A DNA stretch of 63,141 nt, filler included, from Conidiobolus incongruus B7586 (Eukaryota): NCBI GenBank assembly GCA_000697335.1. It is 5 parts of 5 records of this genome, joined end to end, with 100 filler letters (N's around TTAATTAATTAA, not from the genome) between each part and the next. Parts side by side here need not be neighbours in the genome. Positions count along the whole stretch, not along the records: positions 27,089 to 38,201 come from JNEM01000111.1; positions 38,302 to 50,005 come from JNEM01000112.1; 3 more parts are not named here. The stretch is one strand, 5' to 3'. A model generated the notes under the pieces. It worked only from the letters and a program-made list of their open reading frames with translations, made no database searches and had not been told where the DNA came from. The translations under genes were made by a program, and so were the position numbers. This document shows, piece by piece, positions 36,001-50,105 of the stretch. How positions within the stretch are numbered: the stretch's first letter is position 1; every line of letters starts with the position of its first letter.

Positions 36001-38201
36001 AATACTCAATGCAATATTTGATGACTGTTATTATTTGATGAATATTCTATATAATGAACTTGAAATTATTTCTAATTTTCCCCCCAATTTTTAAATATAC
36101 AATTTCCTGCAATCTTATTACAAAAAAGGAAGAAATACTGATAATTATACATTCTAGTGAGGCATAGTAAGGAGTGATATTATATAATTTAATTTAATGT
36201 CAATAGTATGAAATATATTCTTTGATATTTAATAACGAACAGTGGAATAAATATCATACTGAACTTATTTAAATAAATGACTTTTTAGAAATTATTTTTA
36301 TCACTTAATAATATAATTAACCATATATTTATCCAAAGTTACTATCATTAAATGTAAAGTTAACTTTTAATCATAGTAAAATATTCTTTTATCACAGCAT
36401 GATATTAATTATTTTTTTGACCATTTTATCATATATTTATTCATCTGTCAGATTTATTTTTTTTATCAGTGTATTGAAATAATACAATTTACAGTATCTA
36501 AAATAATTATATTTATAATTATTATTTTAAAATATCAAAATACTTTTGTTTAACCCCAATGTGTATGAATTAAGCACTAAACTATGAATAATAATCCCAA
36601 AATCAAAACAATGGTTGAATTTTAAAATTCACATTCGGGTTTCAACTCAATATTCAAACAACAATCCTTGAATTTGAATTTATCTGGCAAAAACTAGTTG
36701 TTCTCATTAAATTAATGGTATTGAGAGTAATAATTTAGTCATTAAAATATCAAGGTCTGAGTGAAATTACCAGATCTTATATATTTAATAAAAATATTCA
36801 TTCTTCTAATCTTATTTGCTTATAGCACTATCAATAATGTTAACAATAAAGTTTTATCCAATTTGGGATTTCAGATTCACTTTACATTTTCATTTATATG
36901 AATCTATAATAATAACAAATTCAAATATTTCATAAAAACCTTATTTGTTAATTAAACCATTATTTGTATTAAATCAAATAGGGCTACTAATTGAAAAAAA
37001 TCAAGGAAATTAATAAAAAATGACTCAAAGTTTTAATATCCATCAATTGACAAATAATCAATTTTCTCACCCCAAACTAACTGTGACTATTTATCACGAA
37101 TAACCCCATGAAATCCATAGGTTAGAATATTAAAGAATTCGATGCAGTTTCATTATCAAACTATAATATAATTCATATAACTGATACTTGATAAGGTTAA
37201 AGAAGAACTTGTTAACCCTTTAGAGACTGAAGCTCAATTATTGGATAATAGTATCCCAAGTTTTTAACCAATAAGGATCATTGATCTTGATGAATCATCC
37301 AATAGATCAAATGAAAATTATTATATGACTTTAATAAAAATTCTGGCATAATGTAAAATTAAAATCATATACAATTATTGGTAAATATAAATAAATATTT
37401 AATTTCAATATATACCAAAACATATATACCATTAAATTAATTAACAAAGCTTAATAAAGGAATAACCCAATGATGTTTTATTTCAATATATTTACTATAA
37501 TAAGATATTTATAATCCTTTCACCAATTGTAAATATTCATTGATTTCAATTATAATGCTAATATATTATTCATAAGTAATAATTTTTATAAATAATTTGA
37601 ACAAATAAAATCACTATAGTTAGTGGTTTAATATATTCATATAAATTAAATGTATAAAAATAATTAACAAAGTAAATAATAAATAATATATTATATTAAT
37701 TTAATTTATTAAAATTTTAGTTTAACTTTATTATATTCAAATAATTAATTTTAGAAATTTATACATATGATTTTTTATTTTTATAAAGCATTAATTCAAA
37801 AATTTGATAAATAAATTTAATAGCTCAAAAATCATTAAAAATAAATAATGTTTTTCAAGCTATAGTTGATTTAAAATAATATATATTTAATAACAGTTTA
37901 ATATATTATAATTATTTCAATAAGAAATAACTAAAAATTCAAGTAAACAATTGAAAATTCATTAACAAATCCAATAATATTAATTTTATTATTTTATATA
38001 ATATTTCTATTTTGAATTTTAATTTATATAATGATATATATATATTTCAATATTATTAACAAATACTGTTCAACTCTTTATTTTATTATAATAATTTAAA
38101 TTTATAACTTGATTTAATTAAGTTATTTTTCCAGCAATATCAAAATTTCATTAAATAATTTTGAATATTATGAAAAAAAATAGTTAAATTATAATTTAAT
38201 A

Positions 38202-38301
38202 NNNNNNNNNNNNNNNNNNNNNNNNNNNNNNNNNNNNNNNNNNNNTTAATTAATTAANNNNNNNNNNNNNNNNNNNNNNNNNNNNNNNNNNNNNNNNNNN
38301 N
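38202..38301. other. Scaffold gap with artificial spacer
   Basis: N44-TTAATTAATTAA-N44. Confidence 0.98.
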
Positions 38302-39609
38302 AACTAATATAATATAGGAAAAAACTTAATATAAAAGTAATATGGTATAAAATATAATAAAATAATATAAGATATAATGTGTAAATATAAATAAGATTTA
38401 AATAAGCTTTAAATTAAAATGAGTTACTAATATATTAAAATCTATATTAGGTAATATTAGTATACTATAATATTAATAAGGTATAGTTTTAATCTTAAAA
38501 ATAATATAAAAGATAAGAAATAATAAGAATTAAGAGAAAAAAGAAAAACCTTGTTTATTAAATACTTTAATGTTATTTATATAATTAATTTAGTTATAAA
38601 ACTATAAATTAACCATATAATTTATAGTTTGTTGAATTATATAGAAATATATATAAGAATTTAAAGAATTAATCTCTTAATAAAATTATTCTTAATTATA
38701 TATTGAATAGTATTATTAATTAATTAAGCTTGTTCAAAATTTGTTTTAATAAAAATATTATTAATTATAAAACACACAGGTATTATTAATCCATTGAAAA
38801 AAACTTGGTTATTAATTATTTAAAGGTTATCAAAAAAATTAATAACATCAGATTAATATAGTTTGTATCTTGTTTATTAGCATTTTATTAAAGTTTTTTA
38901 TAATTATGAAATCAACACTCTGAAATTAATAGCAAAAAGACACCCAAATGGATGAAATATAAATTAAGCAATTAAGTTTATTATTCTATTTTAAGTTATA
39001 TATTAGTACTTTTCATTATTATATATTTTAAAATCTTATTTGATAAATATATATTTTAATTTTAAATTAATGAAAAAAAGTATTGATATAAATATATTGA
39101 GTCGATTCGTTGAGTTTTCATGAAAATTATATATTTTAAATGTATATTAAAGTATTTTCGAATTGATTAATCAAATTTCATAAATAATTTATATATGAAT
39201 TAATATTTTAGTAAATAACAATACTTATAAATCTATTTAAATTTTTTAATTAATAATGATATAGCTTATATGTAAAATGAAAATTCTAAAAATTAATTGA
39301 ATGATATTTTTTGAAAATATCAAAATTTGTAGATAAATTACTGATTTATTATATTTAATAACTGAGAATTATTTATTTTGCCTTTTTTGATATTTTTTAA
39401 TCAATAAATGATTGTTTTAATTTTTATTATTAAAAATACTAATACAAAATTAAGTTAGAGAATTTTAATTTTAAAATCATATTATTAATATAGTTTTTTT
39501 ATATAAAGATTGAATTCTAATCATTAAATTTATTAAATTTCATCGCTTTCCTATATTAATTTTGGAAACCCTAAAATTTATTCAAAATAACAACAAAAAT
39601 AAAGTAAAT

Positions 39610-41080
39610 GTTTTGCTCAGGATAAACGACAGAAAATATCAAAGGAAATTTCTCCGGTTGTAATAATATATAACATATTCAAATACTGATTTGTCCAGTT
39701 AAGACTTATTTTACAAGAAGTATTTCGAGTAATAAACACCAATATTCTTAATATATGAATGTAATTTTCAGGATTAAAAATTAATAAATAATATTCAATA
39801 TGAAATTATAAGGAATATAACTGGAAAAATAGATTATGGATTAAATAAAATAATTGAAGGAATATACTAAATAGTAGCAATATGAGAAACATTGAATAAA
39901 TTTATTAATTAGAAGTTATTTTATCTCGATTTTTGTATTATTAATAAGATAGTTTAGCACTTATTTAATTGATATTTGCCATTGAATTTTACATGTCAGG
40001 ATTTGTATTTACAAGAATATATGAATGTCTTGAGAGGCTTGCAATAGAAATTTCTACCAGAAAATTTGAATATACCACAAATCTATTAAATGTGATTATC
40101 CGACAAATACCTAAATGTGGTTATCAATTTGTTTCTAGATCAGAGTGATTCTATGATCAAAATATATTGGTAATTTGAAATAAATTGATTTTAAATATAT
40201 AGGCTATCGAAATGTTTTTTCATTAAAATTCATAGTCAAAAGTAAATATAATATTAATATATGAATGAAATTTTCCGGATTGAAGAAAAATGATTAAAAA
40301 TATATATTGGTTTTTGTATAAAATATTCTCAAGATAACCGAATAATAAAAGCTAATATCAATTTTTCTTAATACTATGGTTTCGATCTTATATTCGATTA
40401 ATAATGCCAGATGCTCCACCACAAATTTTATTGATACAAGGCAACTTTGAAATAATATAAGAAATTTTTAGTCTTGAAAAATTATCTTTTATACCAACTG
40501 AGGATTGCAAGCTAAATATTGGTAAAAATGTTGCATGACTTGAGTAAGTTTCTTAAACACTAATTTATCTCAAATGTAAAAATTTCTTTTAATGGTTATT
40601 AGTAATTTTAAATATAAAATCAATAATTTTATATTTATCTATTTCATGTTATATTTAATATTAAATTAGAATATTAACCTGTATGCCATTCTATTCTCAA
40701 TGAATTGTCTTGATGATACAATTTCGAAATTTAGTATGATGGCCTTTAAAAACTATAATAATTATCAAGTTTAATGTAGTTTGTTAATTACTATTGATAT
40801 TGTGGCAATTTTTTCGAATTGGTGAAATTGTAGGCGACATTAAATCAATAAATATCGAGGTTTTTAAATCAATAAACAATGTCACTTTATGGAATATGGA
40901 TGATAACAAATATTTCGACTCAAGGCTTCAAAAGAGGTAAAATAGTGTTCTTTGAAGTATATTGCAGTTTTAAAAAAGAATTTATAAATATTTGGATTAT
41001 AATATTTTCGTTAATATATATCAAAGTTCTAAATATGTTGAATTTTTTTGAAGATGATGTCTTGCATTTTAAATTATAAA
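39610..41080 (+). pseudogene. Heavily decayed gene, possibly F-box/LRR-like
   Basis: EISPVVIIYNIFKY* near the start resembles an F-box opening; scattered LxxLxL-like segments; no long ORF. Confidence 0.25.
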
Positions 41081-43795
41081 GACAATAGAAAAAACCATTA
41101 ATATGATTAACATCATTAGTTTATAAAGTTACTTACAATCATTATTATTATAATTTTGAGAGTTTGATTAGATAATCTTAAAATATTTTATTCTGTATTA
41201 TTAAGTTTTGATTTATTAAAAATGTCAATTATGGTATAAATAATTTGGAAATAATATAAATATTATTAATATAGCAATTGTTAAGAGACTAATTCTTGAA
41301 ATTCTTATATATAATTTTATATAGTTAGATTAACTCTAAATTAATCAAGTAATTTATATTTTTAAAATAATATTGATTTAACTAATAAACATGGCCCTTT
41401 TTTACTCTGAATTCTTAATATTTCTGGTATTTTATTGTTATTCTTTCTAAGGTTATGACTATATCTTTTAATATATATTATTGATATTATCTAATATAAA
41501 AACTAATATATCTATATTGATTTATTTATTTATTTATAAAGCTTAAATAAACTTTGTTTATTGATATATTAACTTGGAACATACATATTAAATTAAGTCT
41601 TCCTTTGCATTATATTGGTTATATCACCAATTATACCTATAGAAAATATTAATTATTTTTATATATTTTATATTTATTTTATTTTTCAAAACTAACAATA
41701 AATTTGAAAAACCAGAATATAAAAAATTTATAATTTTTTGACTAATTGATAATTTAGATAGTAATTTAAAAATTAATAAAAAATTAACAAATATCAGGCA
41801 TAAAAATTATATAATTTATACAGATTCATTAATAAACTCTCTATAATATATAACTATATCAATATTAATATTATTCACATAAATATTTAAATTCCCTTAA
41901 GTAAATTATAAACTAATTTAATATTCAAAATATTTGGACTTAAGACAGAAATAATCATTACATATTTTTATTTAATTTTAGAATATATATAATAAAATAA
42001 AATATTTAAAACAAGATCATTTTCTGAGGTTTATATTTCTATATATTATTTTTATCTTTTAAAAATTCCTTCTAACTATGTATTGATTTTTTTTAAATTT
42101 GTAAATGTTCGGCTTTCATATTAATGAAAATAATTATAATACATAATTTATGTATAACCACAATAGCATTAATATTCGTTCAAGTCTAATTTTATTTATT
42201 TAACACTATTGTACTATTTAAAATATGATTTATTTTCTTATTAACTATTAATTATGTATTAGAATAATTATATCATTTTTCTACTTTGAAATATTTTAAT
42301 GGATATTGCACTAAGTTCTTGTAAAGTAATATACTTTATTTATAATGATTTATAGATTAGTGATTTTCTACCTGTTTGACTTTGAATAGTTATATTTATC
42401 ACGTAAATATGAGATCCAAATTATAACTAAAGTATAAATATTATATTGTTCAAAATCTTGATAATTGAAAATGCTAATATGCATGAAATATAGATGCTAA
42501 ATGTGACTTATCATTTTCAAGTCAAACTCATACCAATGATTCATCTACTACCTTGGAAGAAACACTCCGCATCAAGGTTAGTGTTTTTTATTAACTTTAT
42601 AATAATAAAATTATTCTTATCATACAACTATGTTAAATGTGAAATAATCAAATAATAATAAATATTTTTTAGTTTTATTGTTATTACAATACTGAAATAA
42701 TAAGTTATATATTCTACATATCCAGATTTCTTATCCATCTCATACATTTTTCATATCTATTTTTACCAGTGTCTTGTAATATTCGCTATTCAATATTTTT
42801 TGAATTTCGATTTATAATTCTATATGAGATTTGATCCATTTTTAGTTCTATTTAGAACTTAAATTAAGGATATAAATTAACAAATTAAAATTTTATATTA
42901 AATTATTTTTAGTATTTTGATAGTTTGATCTATTTGACACAACTACATTAAATCTTTGAAAGAATTTTATGCTTTAATTCAATAACAATACGAATATGAT
43001 CATTTTTCCAAATACATATTTCTATTTAGTTAATATTCAAAAATGTATTAATGATATTAACTAAATAGCAAGACAAATTATTCCAGCACATTAATATAAG
43101 CATCTAAGCATTCATCTGGACAATCTCAAGCCTCCAAAATAACACCAAATAATAATTTAAAGGAGAATTATTAATGACCAATAGAAGCTAATCCGATTCG
43201 TTCCGAGAACAATACACAATTATTGAGTTTAAGAAGTGTTGAAAATAAAAATTTTTCACAACTACTATTTTAATAAAAATAAATAGTACAATGATAAAAG
43301 CTTGAAAATTAATATCCATAGTCAAATTGATTAATATAATCTCGTGATATTTTGGATTAATTTTATACCCTGGTTATACCCGGCAAACTAATATATTTTT
43401 TATTTAAAAATTAAATTAAATTTGGTATTTTATTATCAAATAAAAGATTTGAATGTAAAAATAATAATACATGTAATATAATACTCTCAATGATTAAGAA
43501 AAAAGCACCAATTTAAATTCATTAAAGAGTCTTGTTTGATTCTATTTAAAAGGAATAAATAAATTTTCATTAATTGGTTCCAATTTAATTATATTTTTCC
43601 ATAATTATAGAGTTTAAATTAGAACTTTATATGGTAGCATGCAAAAACATAAACAAAAGTAAAATTTAATTGTAAATTAAATTTCTGTTTATTACTTAAA
43701 ATTACAAAGAAATGCTTTTGGATTTATGATGAATAATGAATGAATTAGGCCAAATTTCATTTGGTTGAGGGAATATTACGTCAAATGCAATTAAT

Positions 43796-45070
43796 TTAGA
43801 AGGGGATCACTTGAATAATAAACAAGAATAAGGTAACAAGAGCGGTAAGGATGGGAATGGCTAAGATATACGAGTAGAATAAGAGAACAGCTAAGTCGTT
43901 TTCATATTTACCAATGGTTTGACAAATTTGCATGAGATTAATGGCTGTTGGACAAGCGATGAGGATCATCATTACTAAAACAAAGACTGGATCATCACCA
44001 AGGGCAAAATAGGGTTGGAATAAGAGTAATGCACTAATGACAACGATAGGGGTAAGAACGAATCTGCTAAAGATGACATAATATACAACAGTGTGATTAT
44101 GTGTAGTATCTCCTTTGGAAAGTTGATATATCTGACTACCCAAGCAAATTAAGATTAGGGGGATTGAAGCTTGGCCACAAAGTTTGATAGCATCCGCTAA
44201 GGAATCTAAAACAGGTGATTGACCGTATAAAGAGTTTTTAAGTGGAGGAATGAAACCAACAATAAGGGCCAAGAAGATAGCCAAAAGAGGAGGATTGAAC
44301 ATAGAAGCAACCTTATTGAATGCATTTTTCAATAATCCAACAACGCAGCCTTTATCATTGGTTTCGCTAGTAGTAGTGGTGTTTGACTTGGAAATTAAAG
44401 GTGTAGTTTCAGTAGCACTAGTGGATGGACCCTGTTCAAGAGTAGCATCATTTGAAGTAGATTCGGGTGCATTAGGACCGTTCTTTAATAAATTAAGGCC
44501 GTAACTCCAGCGGACAAAATTAGTAATAGCGGAATAAATAACAATATATGAAATGCCTCGGGCTTCAATTTCTTGCATGGTATCTTTGGGATCCCACCTG
44601 AGTTGTTGATATACTGCACTTACTGCGATACTTTGAATGAGACAAATGGGTAAGCTGTTATTGTTAGAGAACATCATTGTAAAGGTCATGAATCTCTTAT
44701 GGTATTCAGAAATACCAAAAATTTTAGCACCAAGGGAAGAGATAAGGATAGTAGAAAGGAACACTAGACCAAAAATAATAGGTATCGGCCACATAGCTAA
44801 GAAAGTTTGTAAATTAATGGTTGAAGCCATTTTGGTAAATAGTAGACATGGGGTAAAGAAGTTGAGATTAAGCTTAGAAATACTCTATCAAATATGGTTA
44901 ATTTTATGACATTAGAATTCAAAGTGAAAATAATTTACCTTTTGAAGTTTTTGATCTAGTAAGCCTCGTCTGGTTAAAACATAACCAGCGAAGCAAACTA
45001 GAGCTACTTGTAAAATAGATTGTACCGAAGTAGCAATTAGGGGAAAGATTGGGATATCAGACACTGACAT
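43796..45070 (-). CDS. Auxin efflux carrier (AEC)/PIN-like membrane transporter (about 406 aa, 2 exons)
   Basis: Exon 45070-44939, intron 44938-44885, exon 44884-43796. Motifs ISKLNLNFFTPCLLFTKM, FSNNNSLPICLIQSI, NPPLLAI, GQASIPLILICLG, DPVFVLVMMILIACPTAINL. Confidence 0.9.
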
Positions 45071-47853
45071 TTATGAATTAAAAGATGTTTATTTTATTCT
45101 GCTATAGGCTGTATTTATATAAAATCTAATTGTAACAGCAACAAAAATGCTAAGAAAATTTCAAGAATTGGGGTAAATAGTCTAAATGGATTCAGGGGAT
45201 TTATATATCCATTTTAATTGAAACACAATATAAAATTGCCATTTTTAAATTGTAAAATTAATTGAAATCATTAGGTTGTTGTCATTTCTATTGACTTCTA
45301 TTCAGAATAAATGATTCTCAGAAACCATACAAATCATTAACAACAGATAGTGTGCAGCTGCCATGATTTCATTGGATATCCTCTGCGGAAATGAAAATAT
45401 CTCTTAAATGAAAATATGAGACATATTTTATTAACCAATCAAATTCCCTCCATTGTTCACATTCAATTGAAATTGGCATAACATTGGTTTATCATACAAA
45501 AAGATAAGGAAAGGCCCTTAAAAAGGAAATAAAGAGATTGTGATAATATTAATTAGTTAACTTTTGCCTAAATTTTAAATTGTCATTGTGAAATAAGTTA
45601 TTATGGTTTCAAAAGGGTGCATTTGCTATATTATGACGTTTCACTAAAAATTGTTAGCATCGGATGCAAGACAAAATAAAATTTCTAATATATCAAAATT
45701 TCTTATATCACTATTACTTAATTGCTTAGTGATATATAGCTATTTATTATTTGATATTTTCTTCCGTGAATTTTCCTTAATAATTATTGGATCAATTAAA
45801 ATTAAACAAATTTTTATGTTTTAAAAATTTGAAATCATTATTAATTCAACAAAATTTAAAGAAATTTAATAAAAACATAAAAATCAACTAAAAATTATAA
45901 ATTAATATCATTTTTGATACAATTTGGAATATTTTAACAATTAAATAAACATTAAACACCATAAATTTTTCTGCATTCTCATAAGGTTAATAATATTTGT
46001 CAAAGATTGTTAGTTGTGTGAAATTTCATTAATAAATTGCCATCCTCCGTTTGTATCAGAGAATAAAAATTAATCAATTTAATATCGCAGTTAATAAAAA
46101 TGTAGCTGAATCATTGATAGAATATAAATATAAATATATGTTTTTGATTAATTAGTAATAAATAGAAAATGTTTTTTCCCACATATCATTAAAATTTTAT
46201 ACTATTCACTCAATTTCAATAAATGTTCCATTAATATATTTAAATATATATGCCAACTTGGGATTTTAATTTATTAGTTTCTTATTGAAAAATTTGATTG
46301 AAAATATAGAAGAAATATAAATTATTTATAAGATAAAATGAAGTATAGTTGCCATAATTATATCATAAAATGCTCTTAAGGTTAATTATACTGGTGTTAA
46401 AATATGTGAAGAAAAAAAATATCACATATTCAACCTTGTACAGGTATTAAAATTTGTGTAATCGGACTTTTTGGTTTATATTCGGCAAATATTATATATA
46501 TTTCATTGGAGGATGAATTCATTAATTTGATTAACCAAGTTTATTTATATTAATATATGTAGTTCATAATATATTATCCGATTTATATATCAATGCTACA
46601 TTGATTAGCCATGATTATATTAATTATTTTAGGATATCTTTCGGTAATTTATATTAATAGATTCAAGTATTAGGCTGAATTAATGGATTCATTATAGACA
46701 TTGATTCTAGAATAATTAGGATTTGAAGTATTCCATTATGAATAAATATAGAATCAACCAAATATCAGATCAAAGGATAGAGTACATATTAACATGGCTA
46801 TTTTCTTGATTAGAAATTATTCGTTGACAAGTTCCAATCAATTTCATATTAATTAATTAATTTTTATAATTTTTAAATCAAATTTATTATTTAAATACTC
46901 AAAATAATCAAAAACGATTAAAATAATGTTATTTACAAATCAGTTAAAATCGGTATAAATTCTGATTTGGATTACTTAAATTTCATTACTTATGTCCAAA
47001 TTAATGATGAATAAAGTATGATTTGATTATGTAATCGTCATCTACATTAACTTTGTTTCTAACAATTTGTTTTAATAATTAGTTCACATCAATTGTATTA
47101 ACGTTTGATAATGGTTCGATTGTATAGAATAATTCAGACTTAATACAATCATATCGATATATCATTAAATCAGGTGATATTATCAATAACAGTTATGCTT
47201 TATTTTAATTTGCATTAAATCAAATCTAATTTCAAATCTTGAAATTTGATTTTAAATGATCTAAAATATTAATAAACACTGTAATTTGTTATATATCTTG
47301 GCTCAATTCATCATAATTAAAAACTATGTACTCATTCCAAATATATTTTCAATTATCTCACCTAGACTAAATTTGTTATTTAGTTACATTTTAAAATTTT
47401 TGATTTTTATACATAAAGAGTAATGTGTAAATTAATAGATATTAGTGATTATTTATATCAACGACATAAATATCTAGTAAAATATAAATAACTATTTATT
47501 TTTAAATCACCTCGAATATGAATTGATGATATAGATAATACTAAAAAATTTATTTTTCTTGTATTCTTAATATAATCTTATCACTGTCAAAAAACACGTA
47601 TAGTTAAATAAGATGTTTGAAGCATAATAATTATAATTTTAATTTAGGTATAATTGATGTTGCTGTCCTGTACTTGAGTTTCAATTGATAAAGTTTATAT
47701 TTTATTATAATATTATTTTTCGTTATTAATTGAGTTTGTTTATATATCAGTTACATGGGGAAATTTCCCAAAGAATCTTGGTTTATCTTTGAATATTATA
47801 ATTCAATCTGATTATTTTAAACTTCTGCATTTAATAAATGCATTGCCTAACAA

Positions 47854-47861
47854 TCCCATAA
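47854..47861 (+). promoter_or_regulatory. TCCCATAA upstream element
   Basis: About 90 bp upstream of ATG 47952, sense orientation. Confidence 0.5.
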
Positions 47862-47951
47862 TAATCTCCTATCACACTATCAATATATTCAAAATTAATA
47901 AATCAGTCAATTTATCTAAAATTAACCCAAATAACAAAAAAATTAAATAAA

Positions 47952-48263
47952 ATGACTAAACAACCTATCGACATAGATTTCAACGAGCTATCAAAATTAG
48001 AACAAGAGTTAAAGGATTGGGAGAGTAGAATAAATAACAATCCTAACGCTTCTGAGTTGGACATTCAAAAGATGTTGAGTGAGATGGAACAGGCTAACTC
48101 CTTGCTGGAGGGTCTCGCTAATAGAGTTGACGACTTTAACGATAAATTGGACTATATTTTGAATGAGATGGATTCGAACGAAAAGAATGCAAGTTCCGAA
48201 ACTGGAACTATAACGCAGGATCAAGCTAGTATTGAGAAGGATTCTAACTCAAATAGTAATTAA
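47952..48263 (+). CDS. Small acidic coiled-coil protein, possibly bublin/UPF0184-like
   Basis: 103-aa ORF with A-rich start context and coding composition. Heptads MLSEMEQANSLLEGLANRVDDFNDKLDYIL. Family assignment tentative. Confidence 0.65.
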   Translation: MTKQPIDIDFNELSKLEQELKDWESRINNNPNASELDIQKMLSEMEQANSLLEGLANRVDDFNDKLDYILNEMDSNEKNASSETGTITQDQASIEKDSNSNSN

Positions 48264-49599
48264 TTAGTTTGCACTTCGTAATTAAATTATTTTAATATAT
48301 TTAGCAATTTTTTAGTAGAGGGTATTTTTATATCTTAACTTAATTTTTTAATTATTTCTAATTTATATTTTATTTAGTGTTAAAGTCCTTCGAATTTAAT
48401 TTTACTGAATAATATTAAATATATTATATATCCTTTTAATTTTGCATATATATTATTTTTTTATATTTTGTAGCATAAGACAAATATATTTAGTTATACC
48501 GCTACACCATTACTTTAAATTATCTATAACTATTATTACTCATCAATATTTAATTATCATTCCACTCTTTTGATATTTCCTTTCTTTACCATTAATCAAC
48601 CTAGAATTATATCAGCTTATTCAACTTAACCTTATTTATATAATTTATTTACAGAATTTCGCTGACTTATATTGAATATCTAACTCTCTTTTAACGGTTA
48701 AAATAATATCACTCTGTATTTGCACTTGCACATTGATACGTGATCATATAATTTTATTATTATCAATCAATTTATTCTTGATATATAAATGCCATATGAA
48801 TAATCTGTTAAATATTCTTATATTCTGAAAAGAATCCAATTTTTTATATCATTTTTTAGGAATTTTCAAACTCTTAAAATATATAATTAATTTATCTTTT
48901 TGATAATAATTGTAATATACTATATATCTTCATTAAAATAAATTAAGTTTTGAATAAAAATTTCCTTTATTACTATTCTTAAAATGTAAGTATTATGAAA
49001 TTGTAAAAATATATATTAAAAGATAATATTTTAAATAGGCAGTTCTAATTCCAATTTATCTAAATTATTTGAAATGCTATTGATTTGTACATTTTTATCT
49101 TAAAAATTATAGTCTATCAATTTAATATATAAACCAAATTTAATAATAAATTAACTGTTGATTTGTAATCATATGATGATATGAATTTTTGATTAATTAA
49201 TATTTGAAATAAAACAATATTAACTATTAAAAATAAATATTATATTGAGTATTTGGTAAATAATTTAAAATTTATTATTATATTGCTTTTATAGTATTAT
49301 AATTAATAATTATTATAATAAAATATAATTTTTTAAAAATATTTCAAATTAGTATTAATTTTAATAATTCATACTCAATTCAAAAATATTCTCAGTTTAT
49401 TTAAAATCACTATGAATATATATACTAGCCTATAAAAATGAGTTATAAAATTATGATCATATATATTTTTATTAATAACTTTATTAATTCTTAATTAAAT
49501 TATATAATAAACTTATATCATTTATTTATAATAAAATATATTTGATTAAATTATATTATTTTTTAGTTGATATATTAAAATTTAAAATTTATTTAAGAT

Positions 49600-50005
49600 A
49601 AGTTATAAATTTATGTATTTTAGTTTTAGAAAGAAAATTAAAACTTAATATATTTATTTTTTGTTTTTTTAACTTCTTTAAGTTTATAAGGTATAAAGTC
49701 AATTAATTTCTTATATTAAAAAAGATAAATTTTGTTTTAATCTTCTTAAATATATTTTTAAAGCTTATTTAAATTTTTTACTAATAAGAAAGCTTTAATT
49801 ATTTTTTTTACTAATCTTAAAGGTATTTAATTAAATTATAGTTAAAAGATTAAAAAACCACTTTATAACTATCACTTTATTATTTTTAAACCATTTAATA
49901 TTAAAAATAATACTATAATAAAAAATATTATTATTTTAGAAAATAACATCCAATTTATTTAACTTATTTTATTTAATAATTTTTTTAATTTATTATTTAA
50001 GATAT
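49600..50005 (-). mobile_element. Hypermutated Tc1-like transposase C-terminal half, cut by the gap
   Basis: Minus strand VIF*NNNIFYYS...KWFKNNKVIVIKWF(fs)*SFNYNLIKYL*D corresponds to Tc1 xFQxDNAxxH...WPxQSPDxNPIExLW after C>T/G>A changes. Left boundary approximate. Confidence 0.7.
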
Positions 50006-50105
50006 NNNNNNNNNNNNNNNNNNNNNNNNNNNNNNNNNNNNNNNNNNNNTTAATTAATTAANNNNNNNNNNNNNNNNNNNNNNNNNNNNNNNNNNNNNNN
50101 NNNNN
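50006..50105. other. Scaffold gap with artificial spacer
   Basis: N44-TTAATTAATTAA-N44. Confidence 0.98.

Noticed and set aside
9470..50105. TTAATTAATTAA repeated four times inside N runs
   Set aside because: Identical 100-bp N44/12/N44 format with stops in all six frames: an assembly linker, not biology. True gap sizes are unknown.
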